19,643 bases of DNA from Leptospirales bacterium (GCA_040326155.1 JBEQLE010000075.1:1-19643); one strand, 5' to 3'; shown: positions 1 through 9,871, counted from the stretch's first letter. Notes: generated by a model not told the origin, from the letters alone. Made by a program: numbers and translations.

Positions 1-138
1 ATATAAATATTGTATATAGAAAATTCGAAAACGAAGTTTACAAATTCATAAAAAAACGTAGGGGGTAGGCCGCAACCGTGTGCGGCCGAGGGGGGAAACT
101 TCCACCCTTTAAATAAAAAAATAACCTCTCGTATTACT

Positions 139-1086
139 TTACAGGTTTTGAAATACCCAGGAAATAAAAATAAGGGCAACAAACATAATCCAGGAAGCGC
201 TTTGAAACAGCAGATTGCGTTTGTATTTATCATATTTGCCTAATGTTACTCCTAATAAAATGCCACTGAGCATTCCAAATAAGTGGGCGAAAATATCGGT
301 GTTTTGACCCGATATGCCCATCATCGCCAGCAGGGCAAACAGAGCCAGGACGGGAATTACAACTGATTCTCGCAGACGTTGGTCGCTTTTCCATCCCGAA
401 CGAATTCTTTTGGACCCTAAAAGTCCTAGAATACCGAATAACAAAGTGGAGGCGCCAATGGAAAGGTGTACTCCGGGTTTTATAATGGCGTGAAAATGTG
501 CGTTTGCATAGTTTCCGAGAATTCCAGCGAGTAGAGCCAGGAGCCAGCCCCAGCCTGAACCAGTCTCTTTAATGAGAAACGGCACAAGAATTAGAATTCC
601 CAGAACGTTGTTCATAAGGTGGCTCAGGTTGGAGTGCAAACAAAGAGCGGTAATGGTCCGAAAAAATTCCCCGGAGAGTATTTTTATATTGTCTGCGCCG
701 CCGCTTTGAAGCCAACTTGAAAAAGAGGAATTGTCTCTGATGATGAAATGAAAGTAGACCATTGCGCCCAAAACCAGCAATGTGGGTAGCAGTGAGTATT
801 TGTAATTTTCTTGTATTGATGTAGTAACGGTTTTTATTTTGGAAGGTTTTTGTTCTTTTTTAAATTGTTTCCATTCATGCAACGCGGCAGGGTAATCTTT
901 TTCTAAAAACACCAGTATAATGCGACCTCGTTTTTGGAACTCAGAATAGATAATTTGCGCAGCTCCCAGATAGGCTTCAAACTCTTTTTTTTCCTGATGT
1001 GAATGTAATTCAATGGCAAATTGCCCGTAATTATGGCCTGAACTGTTTTCGTATTGTTGCGTTGAGTTCCAGTTTGAATTTTCCAT
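139..1086 (-). CDS. Rhomboid family intramembrane serine protease (315 aa) with soluble N-terminal domain
   Basis: FFRTITALCLHSNLSHLMNN (L1 loop/TM2 HxxxN), catalytic G-A-S in SIGASTLLFG, catalytic His in AHLFGMLSG (HxxGxxxG), multiple TM segments. Confidence 0.92.
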   Translation of the reverse strand: MENSNWNSTQQYENSSGHNYGQFAIELHSHQEKKEFEAYLGAAQIIYSEFQKRGRIILVFLEKDYPAALHEWKQFKKEQKPSKIKTVTTSIQENYKYSLLPTLLVLGAMVYFHFIIRDNSSFSSWLQSGGADNIKILSGEFFRTITALCLHSNLSHLMNNVLGILILVPFLIKETGSGWGWLLALLAGILGNYANAHFHAIIKPGVHLSIGASTLLFGILGLLGSKRIRSGWKSDQRLRESVVIPVLALFALLAMMGISGQNTDIFAHLFGMLSGILLGVTLGKYDKYKRNLLFQSASWIMFVALIFISWVFQNL

Positions 1087-1169
1087 ACACTAGTGACTAT
1101 GTTTTTATTTTCCACTGCTCGTGACAAGCGATTCATAGAATGGGTAGAGCGACCCATCTGGCTATTTTC

Positions 1170-1227
1170 GTTTGCAGAAAAAGTTTGAGTTCGGGCAGCT
1201 ATAGCGACGCTTAAAACTGCCCGAGTT
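1170..1227 (-). terminator. Possible intrinsic terminator of the 1230-1463 gene
   Basis: Inverted repeat TCGGGCAG (1191-1198)/CTGCCCGA (1217-1224) directly after the stop codon, followed on the minus strand by a short T-run; the loop is long. Confidence 0.4.
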
Positions 1228-1229
1228 GC

Positions 1230-1463
1230 CTAGGCCACTATGAAACCGAAAATAACCCATCCCAGCGTATAGAAAATTGGAGAACCAATTAATGCGCCCA
1301 CGAGAACGATTACACCGGTTTTAATTTCGTCTTTGGCCAGAGAGACAACTCCAAGTATGATCGCCGTTAAATTACAAATTACAAAACCCAGGTACGAGAG
1401 AACCGGAATTGGTAAAATAGCAAATATCCAGGCAAGAGCCAGAGCAATATACGCCGATTTCAC
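1230..1463 (-). CDS. Small membrane protein (77 aa, about 3 TM helices)
   Basis: Almost entirely hydrophobic ORF with short charged loop (AKDEIK); GTG start; hairpin right after the stop. Confidence 0.65.
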   Translation of the reverse strand: MKSAYIALALAWIFAILPIPVLSYLGFVICNLTAIILGVVSLAKDEIKTGVIVLVGALIGSPIFYTLGWVIFGFIVA

Positions 1464-1746
1464 GATCGATTGATTTTTGGCATATTTTGATTTTGTCAGA
1501 GTTGTGAAGTGCGCTTGCCGGTTGTAGTTGTGCCTTTCTGGAATTTCGTTTAAACAAAGATTTAAAACGCCTATCTATAATGTATATTTCAATGGTCAGG
1601 GTAAACCAGACAACATGTATATAGTGCGTAAAGCGACCGCAGTAGCAGACCTGGTTTTGTATTTTTAAGCCAAGGGTGGTGAGCCTGGAAGGGATAAAGA
1701 CTTGCGGCAACGGCGTGCCTATCAGGTTATGACCAAATCAATTGGT

Positions 1747-2067
1747 ATGAAATATAAAAAAGCAGTAGAAATCACAATGTTTGAATTCATTGACAAAGCT
1801 AAATCAGGCTTGGTAAAATGCGAGTTAATCGATTGCAAAGAAAAGAAATGGTCTTTTCAAGGTAAACCTGCGATGTTCACAAAGGAAGAAATTAATGCGG
1901 AAACAAAATTCCCGCAAACAGGGTTGCTTCCATGTAAAATCGAAACCAAAAGGTTAGACAGCAAGGGAAAATTAGTTCTTCTTGTTAATAGCGCTCGTTG
2001 GAAAGTTGATACCATAGAAGGCGGCGGCTATTTTGAAGTTTACGATTCCCAGGTAGTTGACCTATAG
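1747..2067 (+). CDS. Hypothetical protein (about 106 aa; start uncertain, ORF open from 1702)
   Basis: Protein-like composition with pattern G-x-V-x-C-E-L-x-D...P...FP-x-x-G-x-L-x-C...W-x-V-D-T-x-E-G-x-x-x-F-x-V, which resembles a small conserved hypothetical family; ATG at 1747 chosen over TTG at 1702. Confidence 0.6.
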   Translation: MKYKKAVEITMFEFIDKAKSGLVKCELIDCKEKKWSFQGKPAMFTKEEINAETKFPQTGLLPCKIETKRLDSKGKLVLLVNSARWKVDTIEGGGYFEVYDSQVVDL

Positions 2068-2099
2068 ATTATTGCATAAGTTCAGGAAACAATAACAAT

Positions 2100-2531
2100 T
2101 CATGTATTGGACAGAGTGCCAACAAAAGCCTGTGAGCAGTCGCCGGACAGATGGCCTCTTTCATCTGATGATTCCATTCGAGAGGCCGTATTGACGGTAT
2201 CACCCCAAACATCGTAAGCAAACTTCTTTTTGCCAACCACACCGGCTACGACTTTGCCGGTATGAACCCCAATGCGTACGTCCCACACAGGTTCACCTTT
2301 CGATTCTTCATCAGTAAAATCATAATTATCAAAGACCTCATCAATATCATATGTAAAAGCAAGATTAGCAAATTCCTCAAACGCCTTTTTGGGTGTGCAT
2401 AGCAATGCCTCAATATTCATATTCTGATCTAGGTGTAGATAATTTTTATTCACAACTTTCCCCATAAAAGACAAGTCAGCAAATTTATTATTTGTTTCAT
2501 CTTTTTTTAAATCATCTAAATAGATTCGCAT
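2100..2531 (-). pseudogene. Chimeric ORF carrying a fragment of a class III adenylate/guanylate cyclase
   Basis: [39 protein letters not shown] (about 2170-2290) is the class III cyclase C-terminal signature. The N-terminal metal-binding half is absent, upstream residues are unrelated, and similarity ends right after RMESS. Confidence 0.75.
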
Positions 2532-2765
2532 TTAACTATCCGAGGGATTCCATTATTCAGATATTTAAACAGAGTGTAAACTCAAAAGAAAAACACAGGC
2601 AACTATGAACATTCCTTTCTTTATATGAAATTTTGTATCCCGATAGAGGGCGGGGATCACTTTATTTGATTTTAAGTAATTATTTGTGGCCTAATTGGTA
2701 TAATTGTATAAATTGTAAAAAGACTAATTATTAGTTAAACTTAAAACGAAAGGGAAGGTAGTAGT

Positions 2766-3884
2766 ATGGAACAGACAAATGTTTTAGTAAAAGAAGTAGA
2801 AATAACAGAGACTAAGTATTCGAACTCAACAAACGGTGGGTTTGATGTTGGCTTTCTTAGTATAACCTGGACTGCACAAAATGGAGGGCTTAGCATTGAT
2901 GTCCGAGTAGGATTTAAAGGGCTCAGTCATGATATGAGCACTTTTATATCAATCCACTCTCCCGCAGTTAAAATTCAAACACCAAATATTTTAGGAACTT
3001 ATGTTGAGGTAGAACTTAAATATGATGACAATGCCGGTTCTTTAACAGCGAAAGGGACGGCTCATTTTTGGTTGTTTGGAAATAGAGAAGAAAGTGTTGC
3101 CATAAGCACTGAAATTTTACCACCGTATATTATTGGATTATTAGCAATCGGTGGACAGTTTCCAGGCATACTTAAATTTGCTCCAGATATAATTAACGCG
3201 GGCTTGAATTTTAATGTGGCCTCCGATATTCGAAAAGTATTTGAAGAAGTTAGTGAAAAAGCAGGCATTTCCTCATCTAATATATATGATATTTTTAGAT
3301 CATTACCAGATTTCGGAAAAAACTTAGCCAGAAGTATTCCCTCAGATCGAGGCATATGCGAGGAAATAAAATCAATTTCTGCAACTAGTCTTGAGGCTGG
3401 CTTATATGCCGTTGTAAATGATTCACGCATAAAAGCAATATATCCAGGAATTGATGAGAAATTGATATTTAGCGAAGACGCAAGAAATGAAGCTCAAGCA
3501 AGTTTATCATCCATCATTGAAGATGATTACAAATTGGCAGAATTTAGTGATTTAAATAATAAGGAGAAAATTTTAAAAACAATACAAGCTGTTTTAATTG
3601 CCACCGGTGTTGTAACGGGCCTTACCGTTGCAGCTCTAGCAGTATTAGCTGGTTTCTTCGCTGCAATTGCTGCAGCTACTGCATTGTCAGGAGGCACTAT
3701 ATTTGCTATAGCATTAGCATTAACAATAACTGCAGTTATAGCTGCTGTAGTAGTTGCGACAATCGGAATTACTGTGGTTGTTATTGCCCTTATTTTTGAG
3801 CTTATATTGATTTGGACTGGTGACACAGCTAATGCCGTTAGTTTAATTGACCAAAATAATAGCCTCTCTTTAGGATTCAGCTAA
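2766..3884 (+). CDS. Hypothetical protein (372 aa) with a very long C-terminal hydrophobic segment
   Basis: Long ORF with purine-rich RBS (GGGAAGG) upstream; beta-rich N-terminus, helical middle, 73 consecutive uncharged residues (3579-3797). Confidence 0.8.
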   Translation: MEQTNVLVKEVEITETKYSNSTNGGFDVGFLSITWTAQNGGLSIDVRVGFKGLSHDMSTFISIHSPAVKIQTPNILGTYVEVELKYDDNAGSLTAKGTAHFWLFGNREESVAISTEILPPYIIGLLAIGGQFPGILKFAPDIINAGLNFNVASDIRKVFEEVSEKAGISSSNIYDIFRSLPDFGKNLARSIPSDRGICEEIKSISATSLEAGLYAVVNDSRIKAIYPGIDEKLIFSEDARNEAQASLSSIIEDDYKLAEFSDLNNKEKILKTIQAVLIATGVVTGLTVAALAVLAGFFAAIAAATALSGGTIFAIALALTITAVIAAVVVATIGITVVVIALIFELILIWTGDTANAVSLIDQNNSLSLGFS

Positions 3885-3935
3885 AACAATATTACAAGAA
3901 TAACAATCACGTTATGTGTAAATGAATACTGAATT

Positions 3936-4056
3936 TGGCGATCGAAACTTGAACAAAGTTTCGGTCGCCATGGTGGTTCAGTGAGTACCCGGTTGTAGTG
4001 CGGTCGCATTCCGCACTATATACAAACTCTGTGAGCGGGTGCGATTTTTCGCGCCC
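3936..4056 (+). other. Cluster of three stem-loops (structured intergenic element)
   Basis: TGGCGATCGAAACTT(3936-3950)/AAGTTTCGGTCGCCA(3956-3970); TAGTGCGG(3996-4003)/CCGCACTA(4011-4018); GGGTGCGA(4037-4044)/TCGCGCCC(4049-4056). Confidence 0.6.
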
Positions 4057-4408
4057 TTACCTTTACACCTCGAAAAAAACCTCTCTCGTGGACGGCCAGT
4101 TTTAATTAGACTGTTTAATCTAGTTCACGGACCGGTCTTCCAAATATACAGATAATTGGGGATAATTCAAAAAACATATTGACAGTGTAGGGGGAATGGG
4201 CCTTTTATTTAAAAGGTTCAAGACAATTTCAGTAAATAAAATCCGAAAATTTATTTTTGCGTTCAGGCAACTCGAATATTCATTATAAATATGGGAACAG
4301 AGTAGCCCTGATAAAATTGAAAACCCAATACGGAATATTTTTTGGTGTTTTCAAAAACGCTATGACAATGTACTGGAAGAATATTACGAACTAAACAGGA
4401 GATTTTAA

Positions 4409-4816
4409 ATGAAAAAATTAATGACTATTTTTATTACAATTGCTATGACTTTTGCTGTGTTAAACTGTACTAAAAAAGACAGCCTTGCTAACTATATGGA
4501 TGAGCTGGGATGCTGCACATGGACAGAAAATAGTGGGGGAAACGCTTTTGAATATACTTTTGCAAAAGAGTTTTACACTGTCATGGCGAATGGTAAGAAA
4601 TTTGGAGATTTCACAATTTCCAGTATTGACGATGAAAAAAGAGTAATTGTCATTTTCGCCAAACGTTCAAAAAAGTATAAAGATGTATGGTGGAAAGTAG
4701 AAGATGAAAATTCAGTTTCGATTAGCCAGATGGTTGGCGGAGATTACTATGATTCCCTGGAAGCGGCGCAGGCTGCTGAAAGAACAGGGAAATGGATGAA
4801 ACTTAAGAAAAAATAG
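4409..4816 (+). CDS. Predicted lipoprotein (135 aa)
   Basis: RBS AGGAG upstream; MKK, hydrophobic core, then FAVLN-C20 (spirochetal-type lipobox); terminator downstream. Confidence 0.82.
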   Translation: MKKLMTIFITIAMTFAVLNCTKKDSLANYMDELGCCTWTENSGGNAFEYTFAKEFYTVMANGKKFGDFTISSIDDEKRVIVIFAKRSKKYKDVWWKVEDENSVSISQMVGGDYYDSLEAAQAAERTGKWMKLKKK

Positions 4817-4854
4817 TACATTTCATTCTACGTTTCTTACAACATTAAATTTAG

Positions 4855-4878
4855 AAGCCGGGTAACTCCGGCTTTTTT
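4855..4878 (+). terminator. Rho-independent terminator
   Basis: AAGCCGGG-TAAC-TCCGGCTT stem-loop followed by a T-run, between convergent genes. Confidence 0.85.
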
Positions 4879-4932
4879 ATGAACTTTTATTCGTAACAAT
4901 GGAGCCGGAATCTCCAAAGAAAGTTTGTTTTA

Positions 4933-6213
4933 CTATCTTCGTCGGTTTTGAAAGCGATTGCGACTTCCGCCGCCGCTTCCGGGAGTGTTTCGATTGTGAC
5001 TTCGCTGGCTTTTTCGTTGAGCTTCTAAACTGGCTTTTGCTTTGCCGACACTGGTAATTTCGGCATTGGCCGCTTCGTCAGAATGGTAGGGATGGTTCAT
5101 ATCAATGTGAATTTTTTGACTGGTTGTTTTTTCAATACCCACTAAGAATGATTTCTCTTCTCCGGTGACCAGAGAAATTGCGTTACCTTCACTGCCTGCC
5201 CTGGCTGTACGGCCGATACGGTGAACATAACTTTCCATTATATTCGAAAGCTCATAATTTATGACGTGGGTAATACCGTCGATGTCAATACCGCGAGATG
5301 CAATATCGGTAGCTACAAGCACCCTCACTCTATTTTGGGTAAAATCTTGAATTGCTTTTTGGCGAGCAGGTTGACTTTTATTGCCATGAATGGCCGCAGC
5401 AGAATAACCGCTTTTAAGTAGTTTTTCGGTGATGCGATTGGCTATATGTTTCATTTGAACAAAAACCAAAACTTTTTTAAGTTTCGGATCTTTTAGCAAA
5501 TGAATAAGAAGGTCTATTTTGTCTTTTTTTTCTACATACATAGCCGATTGTTGAATAATTTTTACAGTCGTCGATTGAGGTGTAACCTCGACTTTTTTGG
5601 GTTCAACCAAAATTGTATTGGCGAGAGTTTGAATTTCCGAAGGCATGGTGGCAGAAAAAAACAGGTTGTGCCGTTTCGGTGGCAACATTGGCAGAATTTT
5701 TTTTATATCTCTCATGAAACCCATGTCAAGCATTCGATCTGCTTCATCCAAAACAAATATATCGACTTTATTTAAATTCAGAAATCTTTGCTCAATTAAG
5801 TCTAACAAACGGCCAGGGGTAGCGACTAAAACATGAGGCCCCCTTTGCAGGTCTTTTACTTGTTTACCTTGTTTTACACCGCCAAATATAACGGAATATT
5901 GCTGCTTTAAATTGCATCCATATTGCTCTAAATTTTCATGTATCTGAATGGCAAGTTCTCTAGTTGGTGTTAGAATAAGGACTCGAGGGCACCTTGGGAT
6001 ATTCTCAATTTTCTTATAAAGTAAAATGTCTAGAATCGGCAGGCAAAATGCCGCCGTTTTACCGGTACCGGTTTGGGCTATGCCTAGAATATCATGGCCT
6101 TTTAGAACAAGAGGTATTGTTTCTCTTTGAATAGGGGTAGGTTTATCATACCCTACTTTTTGTAGAGCTTGTTGAATCGGAGGCGCCAGTGGTAGATCGC
6201 TGAATTTATTCAC
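4933..6213 (-). CDS. rhlE: DEAD-box ATP-dependent RNA helicase, RhlE-like (426 aa)
   Basis: Q motif (GYDKPTPIQ), AQTGTGKT, PTRELA, TPGRL, DEAD, SAT, RGID, HRIGRTAR; basic C-terminal tail. Family certain, exact ortholog less so. Confidence 0.9.
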   Translation of the reverse strand: MNKFSDLPLAPPIQQALQKVGYDKPTPIQRETIPLVLKGHDILGIAQTGTGKTAAFCLPILDILLYKKIENIPRCPRVLILTPTRELAIQIHENLEQYGCNLKQQYSVIFGGVKQGKQVKDLQRGPHVLVATPGRLLDLIEQRFLNLNKVDIFVLDEADRMLDMGFMRDIKKILPMLPPKRHNLFFSATMPSEIQTLANTILVEPKKVEVTPQSTTVKIIQQSAMYVEKKDKIDLLIHLLKDPKLKKVLVFVQMKHIANRITEKLLKSGYSAAAIHGNKSQPARQKAIQDFTQNRVRVLVATDIASRGIDIDGITHVINYELSNIMESYVHRIGRTARAGSEGNAISLVTGEEKSFLVGIEKTTSQKIHIDMNHPYHSDEAANAEITSVGKAKASLEAQRKSQRSHNRNTPGSGGGSRNRFQNRRR

Positions 6214-6481
6214 ATCGAAAATTGGCGATACCGGGATGTGGCGTCAACCTATTCATGTAATTGTGAGCTAGAAATGTACTATTAAAGTTGGTAACTCATA
6301 TTGTAGGCTGCCTTTGCTACCCCCCGATTCCATATTTAGCGAAATCCAATAATTTGCATGGAATTTGTTGGTGTAGAAAAACCGACCATGCGAATTCGAG
6401 AATACACCGTACGAGGACACGATAAAAAGTGTTTCATGAATAGTTAAGCGTTCCCCGAAGCAGACTGTGCCTCTTTCAGCC

Positions 6482-7153
6482 TTACAAATACAAGTCGAAC
6501 ACTATTTGTATTTCGGGATAATTGTTCCAGATCATAAAATGACCCCCGCCTTCGATTTCGTGGCAGTCATCGATTTTTTTTATGGAAAAAATTCGGTCTT
6601 CGACCCCGTGAATGTGTATTGTATTCTCGGAAATGTTTTCTGCATCGTCACTGTTTGCATTCGAGTTAAAGGAAGGGGGTAATTCCAGAATACGGTTTAT
6701 CCCCCATTTCACCATTTCGGGAGAAGCGTCTTTCAAGAACTGTTTTAGAACGGCTGCATCTTCATTGCCTTCTATGCCAAAGAAATATTTTACAACGCGA
6801 TTATATCGGGTAAAAAATGCAGGCGGAAAAAGTCGCATAATTTTTAAGCCCCCAAGTATTCTTGCACAGCGCGGTAGTTCCTTCCTGCTTTTTACAGTGG
6901 AAATTAAAAGAACCTGCTCTGCGCGAACTCTTTTTGAAAGTGCAAGCGCCAGAATTCCCCCAAAAGAGACGCCAATTAAAATGGCGGGTTGGAACATGTC
7001 GATCTGGTCGGCAAGTTTTTCAACGTATGAATCGATGCTTTCGTTTTTCTCCGGTTCTATATAATCGATAGGTATAACGGGGTGGCCTTTGAAATTGTAA
7101 TTGTCAAACACCCGTCCATCGGTTCCGAGAGCGCTAAGTAGATATATTTTCAT
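6482..7153 (-). CDS. Alpha/beta hydrolase (223 aa)
   Basis: Nucleophile elbow GVSFGG, acid in HIHGVEDRIF, His in GGGHFM. Confidence 0.88.
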   Translation of the reverse strand: MKIYLLSALGTDGRVFDNYNFKGHPVIPIDYIEPEKNESIDSYVEKLADQIDMFQPAILIGVSFGGILALALSKRVRAEQVLLISTVKSRKELPRCARILGGLKIMRLFPPAFFTRYNRVVKYFFGIEGNEDAAVLKQFLKDASPEMVKWGINRILELPPSFNSNANSDDAENISENTIHIHGVEDRIFSIKKIDDCHEIEGGGHFMIWNNYPEIQIVFDLYL

Positions 7154-7268
7154 ATAAGTTTTTCAGTAGTACCGAGTTCCTTTCTAATAACCTGACCTTG
7201 TCGGTTTGCTCGGTCAACTATTATTGTTGTCGGGGGCTTTTCGTAAATCATTTTTCTTTATTTTGCTT

Positions 7269-8372
7269 TTATTCTATATTGCAGTTTTGTTTTACTACAT
7301 TCCAGCTTGTAGACTCTTTTAGAAATTGTTTACGAAAAGGTTTCGAGCATGATTGCATTTTTTCAAGTCTGGCAAACCAACAGGGAATATCTTTTTTGCA
7401 ACTTTCAAACAACAGTTGAAAACTTTCTCCCTGAGGTTGGTAACGTCCGTATTGAATGAGTACGGCATTGTTCAAGGGCGCTGCGTAAAGTTCTTCGGGT
7501 ATTTGTATATATTTTACATTTGCGGCAAGGGTTTTAAGTTTATTTTGCAACTCTAAATATATTTTTATTTTATTTTCAAATTTGTATTCTTTGGACAAGT
7601 CTGACTGGTAGAGCTTTTCGAGTTTGTTTCGGTAGCTTTGCATCAGGTTGAGGTAACTTTCATATTCATCACTTACTTTTGCAGGAGGTTTTTCTGCCAT
7701 CGGTTTCTTTAGAATATCGACAATAAAACGTTGCGCTGCAATATCGTCTATAAATGAAGAGAGTGATTCCGAAAAATTGGAGTCTTGTTTAAAGTAGAGT
7801 TTTTCATGAGACATCTCATGAAGTATAAGTCTTGCTAGAGAATATTCTGAAAGTTGTAAATAAGTTGAAAACAAGGGGTCTTGAAGGTACCCGAGGGTGG
7901 AGTATGCAGCAATTTCGTTTCCATAAACATCGTATCCATTTTGTTGCAGCCTGTCGATCCATTCTGTTTTTTTTTGTTCGTCAAAAAATCCCAGGTACGC
8001 AAAATCTCCTATGAAAGGAAACGAAAATAAAACCGCTTCAAGTTGCAGGGGGTAAGCGGCGGTAAGATTCCATCCGAGAACGTTACGGTTTAACGGAACA
8101 AAATTTTCATAGCTTTTGCTCTTTTCCAGTTGGTACAATTTTTTCCCATATTGTTTAACATCAGAGACCAATTCTATTTTTTGAATTTCTTCTTTGGTCA
8201 GCTTTAGTGTGGTAAGCGCATCTTCAGTTTGTACGGAGTTTAGAATTATATAACCCTGGTGCCACGCCAGGTGAGCAACATAACCAACCCATTTGTGCAT
8301 AATGACACCGGTTATAAAAAGGCCACCCAGTAAAACCAGGCAGGTTTCTCTTTTACGTTTGAATTTAATCAT
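7269..8372 (-). CDS. Putative zinc aminopeptidase (HEXXH; DUF2265-like), N-terminally anchored
   Basis: LILHEMSHEKLY with downstream FSESL Glu, AAYSTLGYLQDP, FPFIGDFAYLGFF; N-terminal hydrophobic anchor; overlaps the stop of the upstream gene. Confidence 0.85.
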   Translation of the reverse strand: MIKFKRKRETCLVLLGGLFITGVIMHKWVGYVAHLAWHQGYIILNSVQTEDALTTLKLTKEEIQKIELVSDVKQYGKKLYQLEKSKSYENFVPLNRNVLGWNLTAAYPLQLEAVLFSFPFIGDFAYLGFFDEQKKTEWIDRLQQNGYDVYGNEIAAYSTLGYLQDPLFSTYLQLSEYSLARLILHEMSHEKLYFKQDSNFSESLSSFIDDIAAQRFIVDILKKPMAEKPPAKVSDEYESYLNLMQSYRNKLEKLYQSDLSKEYKFENKIKIYLELQNKLKTLAANVKYIQIPEELYAAPLNNAVLIQYGRYQPQGESFQLLFESCKKDIPCWFARLEKMQSCSKPFRKQFLKESTSWNVVKQNCNIE

Positions 8373-9133
8373 TTCGTTTTTAGAATTTGTGCAAACCGAA
8401 AGGCAAAATATATAGCTGTCAGAATTACCGTTATGTTTAAGGTTAGATCGATCGGTTCATAACTTTTCGATTCACTGATTATAAAATATACTCCTATAAG
8501 GATGGCTGCCGGGTATGTGATTAGCGTTTGCCAACGCTGAATTGCAGGATAATTTGAAATTTTATATTTTGTACCGGATCGAAAAATAAAGTCTCCCAGG
8601 AAAAAACCAATGCCGCCGCCCACCAGAATGTCGAGTGGAAAGTGGACACCCACATATACCCTGGATATGGCGGCCAATATGCAGGTGAATATTACGGGAA
8701 TAGAGATATACCAAGGTTGACGAAAAGTTAAAAATCGGGCTAATACCATAATTGCAGCAGCGTGGCCTGATGGAAAGCTGCGATTCGAAAACACATCTCC
8801 GATTATAAATAGACTTTCCCCCTGTAGTAACTTTGGGGGTCGGAGAGCGGGGAAATAATACTTTATGGTATTTACAAGCAGGGCTGTGGCCAATAACGAT
8901 AAAATAAATCGGGCATGTTTTTCGTTTCGTTTTTTAAAAAATAAAGTTGCGATTATAAATACAATTAAACCGTCTGCCATTGCGGTTAAAAACAACATCG
9001 GGTATTGAAACAAGTCGGTATAAAACCCATTGATGGCCCGAAAGATTGGTATATTATATTGAAAAACTGTAAAAAGTGCGACTAAATAAAGAAAGGATAC
9101 GATTGCAAACCTTTGCCAGCTTTCTTTGAACAT
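8369..9133 (-). CDS. PAP2 family membrane phosphatase (254 aa)
   Basis: C1 KYYFPALRP, C2 SFPSGH, C3 SRVYVGVHFPLD; multiple TM helices. Confidence 0.93.
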   Translation of the reverse strand: MFKESWQRFAIVSFLYLVALFTVFQYNIPIFRAINGFYTDLFQYPMLFLTAMADGLIVFIIATLFFKKRNEKHARFILSLLATALLVNTIKYYFPALRPPKLLQGESLFIIGDVFSNRSFPSGHAAAIMVLARFLTFRQPWYISIPVIFTCILAAISRVYVGVHFPLDILVGGGIGFFLGDFIFRSGTKYKISNYPAIQRWQTLITYPAAILIGVYFIISESKSYEPIDLTLNITVILTAIYFAFRFAQILKTK

Positions 9134-9221
9134 CCCTCGAAAAAATATTACTGATTCAGGAGAACAAGGCTTTTTTAAAAATGCTGGTCAGGCTTGATAT
9201 AGTTAAAAAACTGCATAGATT

Positions 9222-9848
9222 ATGGGTGAAGGGTATTTTCTAGAATTCTTCGAGTCGATTCCACGTGAGGGATACTGGCTTTTGATTTTTTTTTCTACGT
9301 TCATGGAAAATATTTTCCCTCCTTTTCCCGGTGATACGATTGTCGCTTTTACCGGATATTTATGGGGAGCAGGCCTTGTTAGTTTTCAAACTCTTGCTAT
9401 AAGTATTCTAGCGGGTAACTTAGCTGGCGCTCTGCTGATGTACTTTTTTGGCCTTGAAGTGATGAATTTCTTTTTAAAACATTTAAAAAGTGAGCGTCTT
9501 AAAAAGCTTTTTGACAAGGAGCATCTCGATAAAACCCACAAATGGTTCAACAAATATGGGTTTTTTGCTGTTATGTTTTCTCGCTTTTCAGCCGGCATAC
9601 GGTTTTTTGTTTCTATTGTGGCCGGTATGGCCAATATGCATGTTTCTGTTTTCATTCTGGCCTTTTTACTGGCAACGGGCCTATGGAACTCTCTATTAAT
9701 CTATGGCGGTTATGTTATGGGAGAGAACTGGCGTGAAATTCTACAGTATATTCAAGTTTATAGCGCAGTTTTTGCCGTTGTTTTAATTGCTTTTGCTTAT
9801 TACTTTTACCATCGCTTTAAAAAATCAAAAATTGACTCTAACGAGTAA
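9222..9848 (+). CDS. DedA family membrane protein (208 aa)
   Basis: ENIFPPFPGD, WFNKYG, FSRFSAGIRFFVSIVAGMANM motifs. Confidence 0.93.
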   Translation: MGEGYFLEFFESIPREGYWLLIFFSTFMENIFPPFPGDTIVAFTGYLWGAGLVSFQTLAISILAGNLAGALLMYFFGLEVMNFFLKHLKSERLKKLFDKEHLDKTHKWFNKYGFFAVMFSRFSAGIRFFVSIVAGMANMHVSVFILAFLLATGLWNSLLIYGGYVMGENWREILQYIQVYSAVFAVVLIAFAYYFYHRFKKSKIDSNE

Positions 9849-9871
9849 TTCGAATCGCGCCTTTTTTTGCT

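Noticed and set aside
1372..1710. 112-aa minus-strand ORF
   Set aside because: Overlaps the more plausible 77-aa membrane gene in another frame and spans a probable divergent promoter region; no motif.
3898..3920. Integron attC site (TAACAATCACGTTATGTG after the 372-aa gene)
   Set aside because: TAAC and GTTA cores are only a few nt apart, far too short for an attC, and no integrase or cassette array is visible; at best a remnant.
4179..4211. TTGACA -35 box upstream of the lipoprotein gene
   Set aside because: No convincing -10 hexamer at 16-18 nt spacing.
9194..9221. Sigma-70 promoter TTGATA-N16-TAGATT before dedA
   Set aside because: The -10 box abuts the ATG, so the transcript would start inside the CDS; such matches are common in AT-rich DNA.
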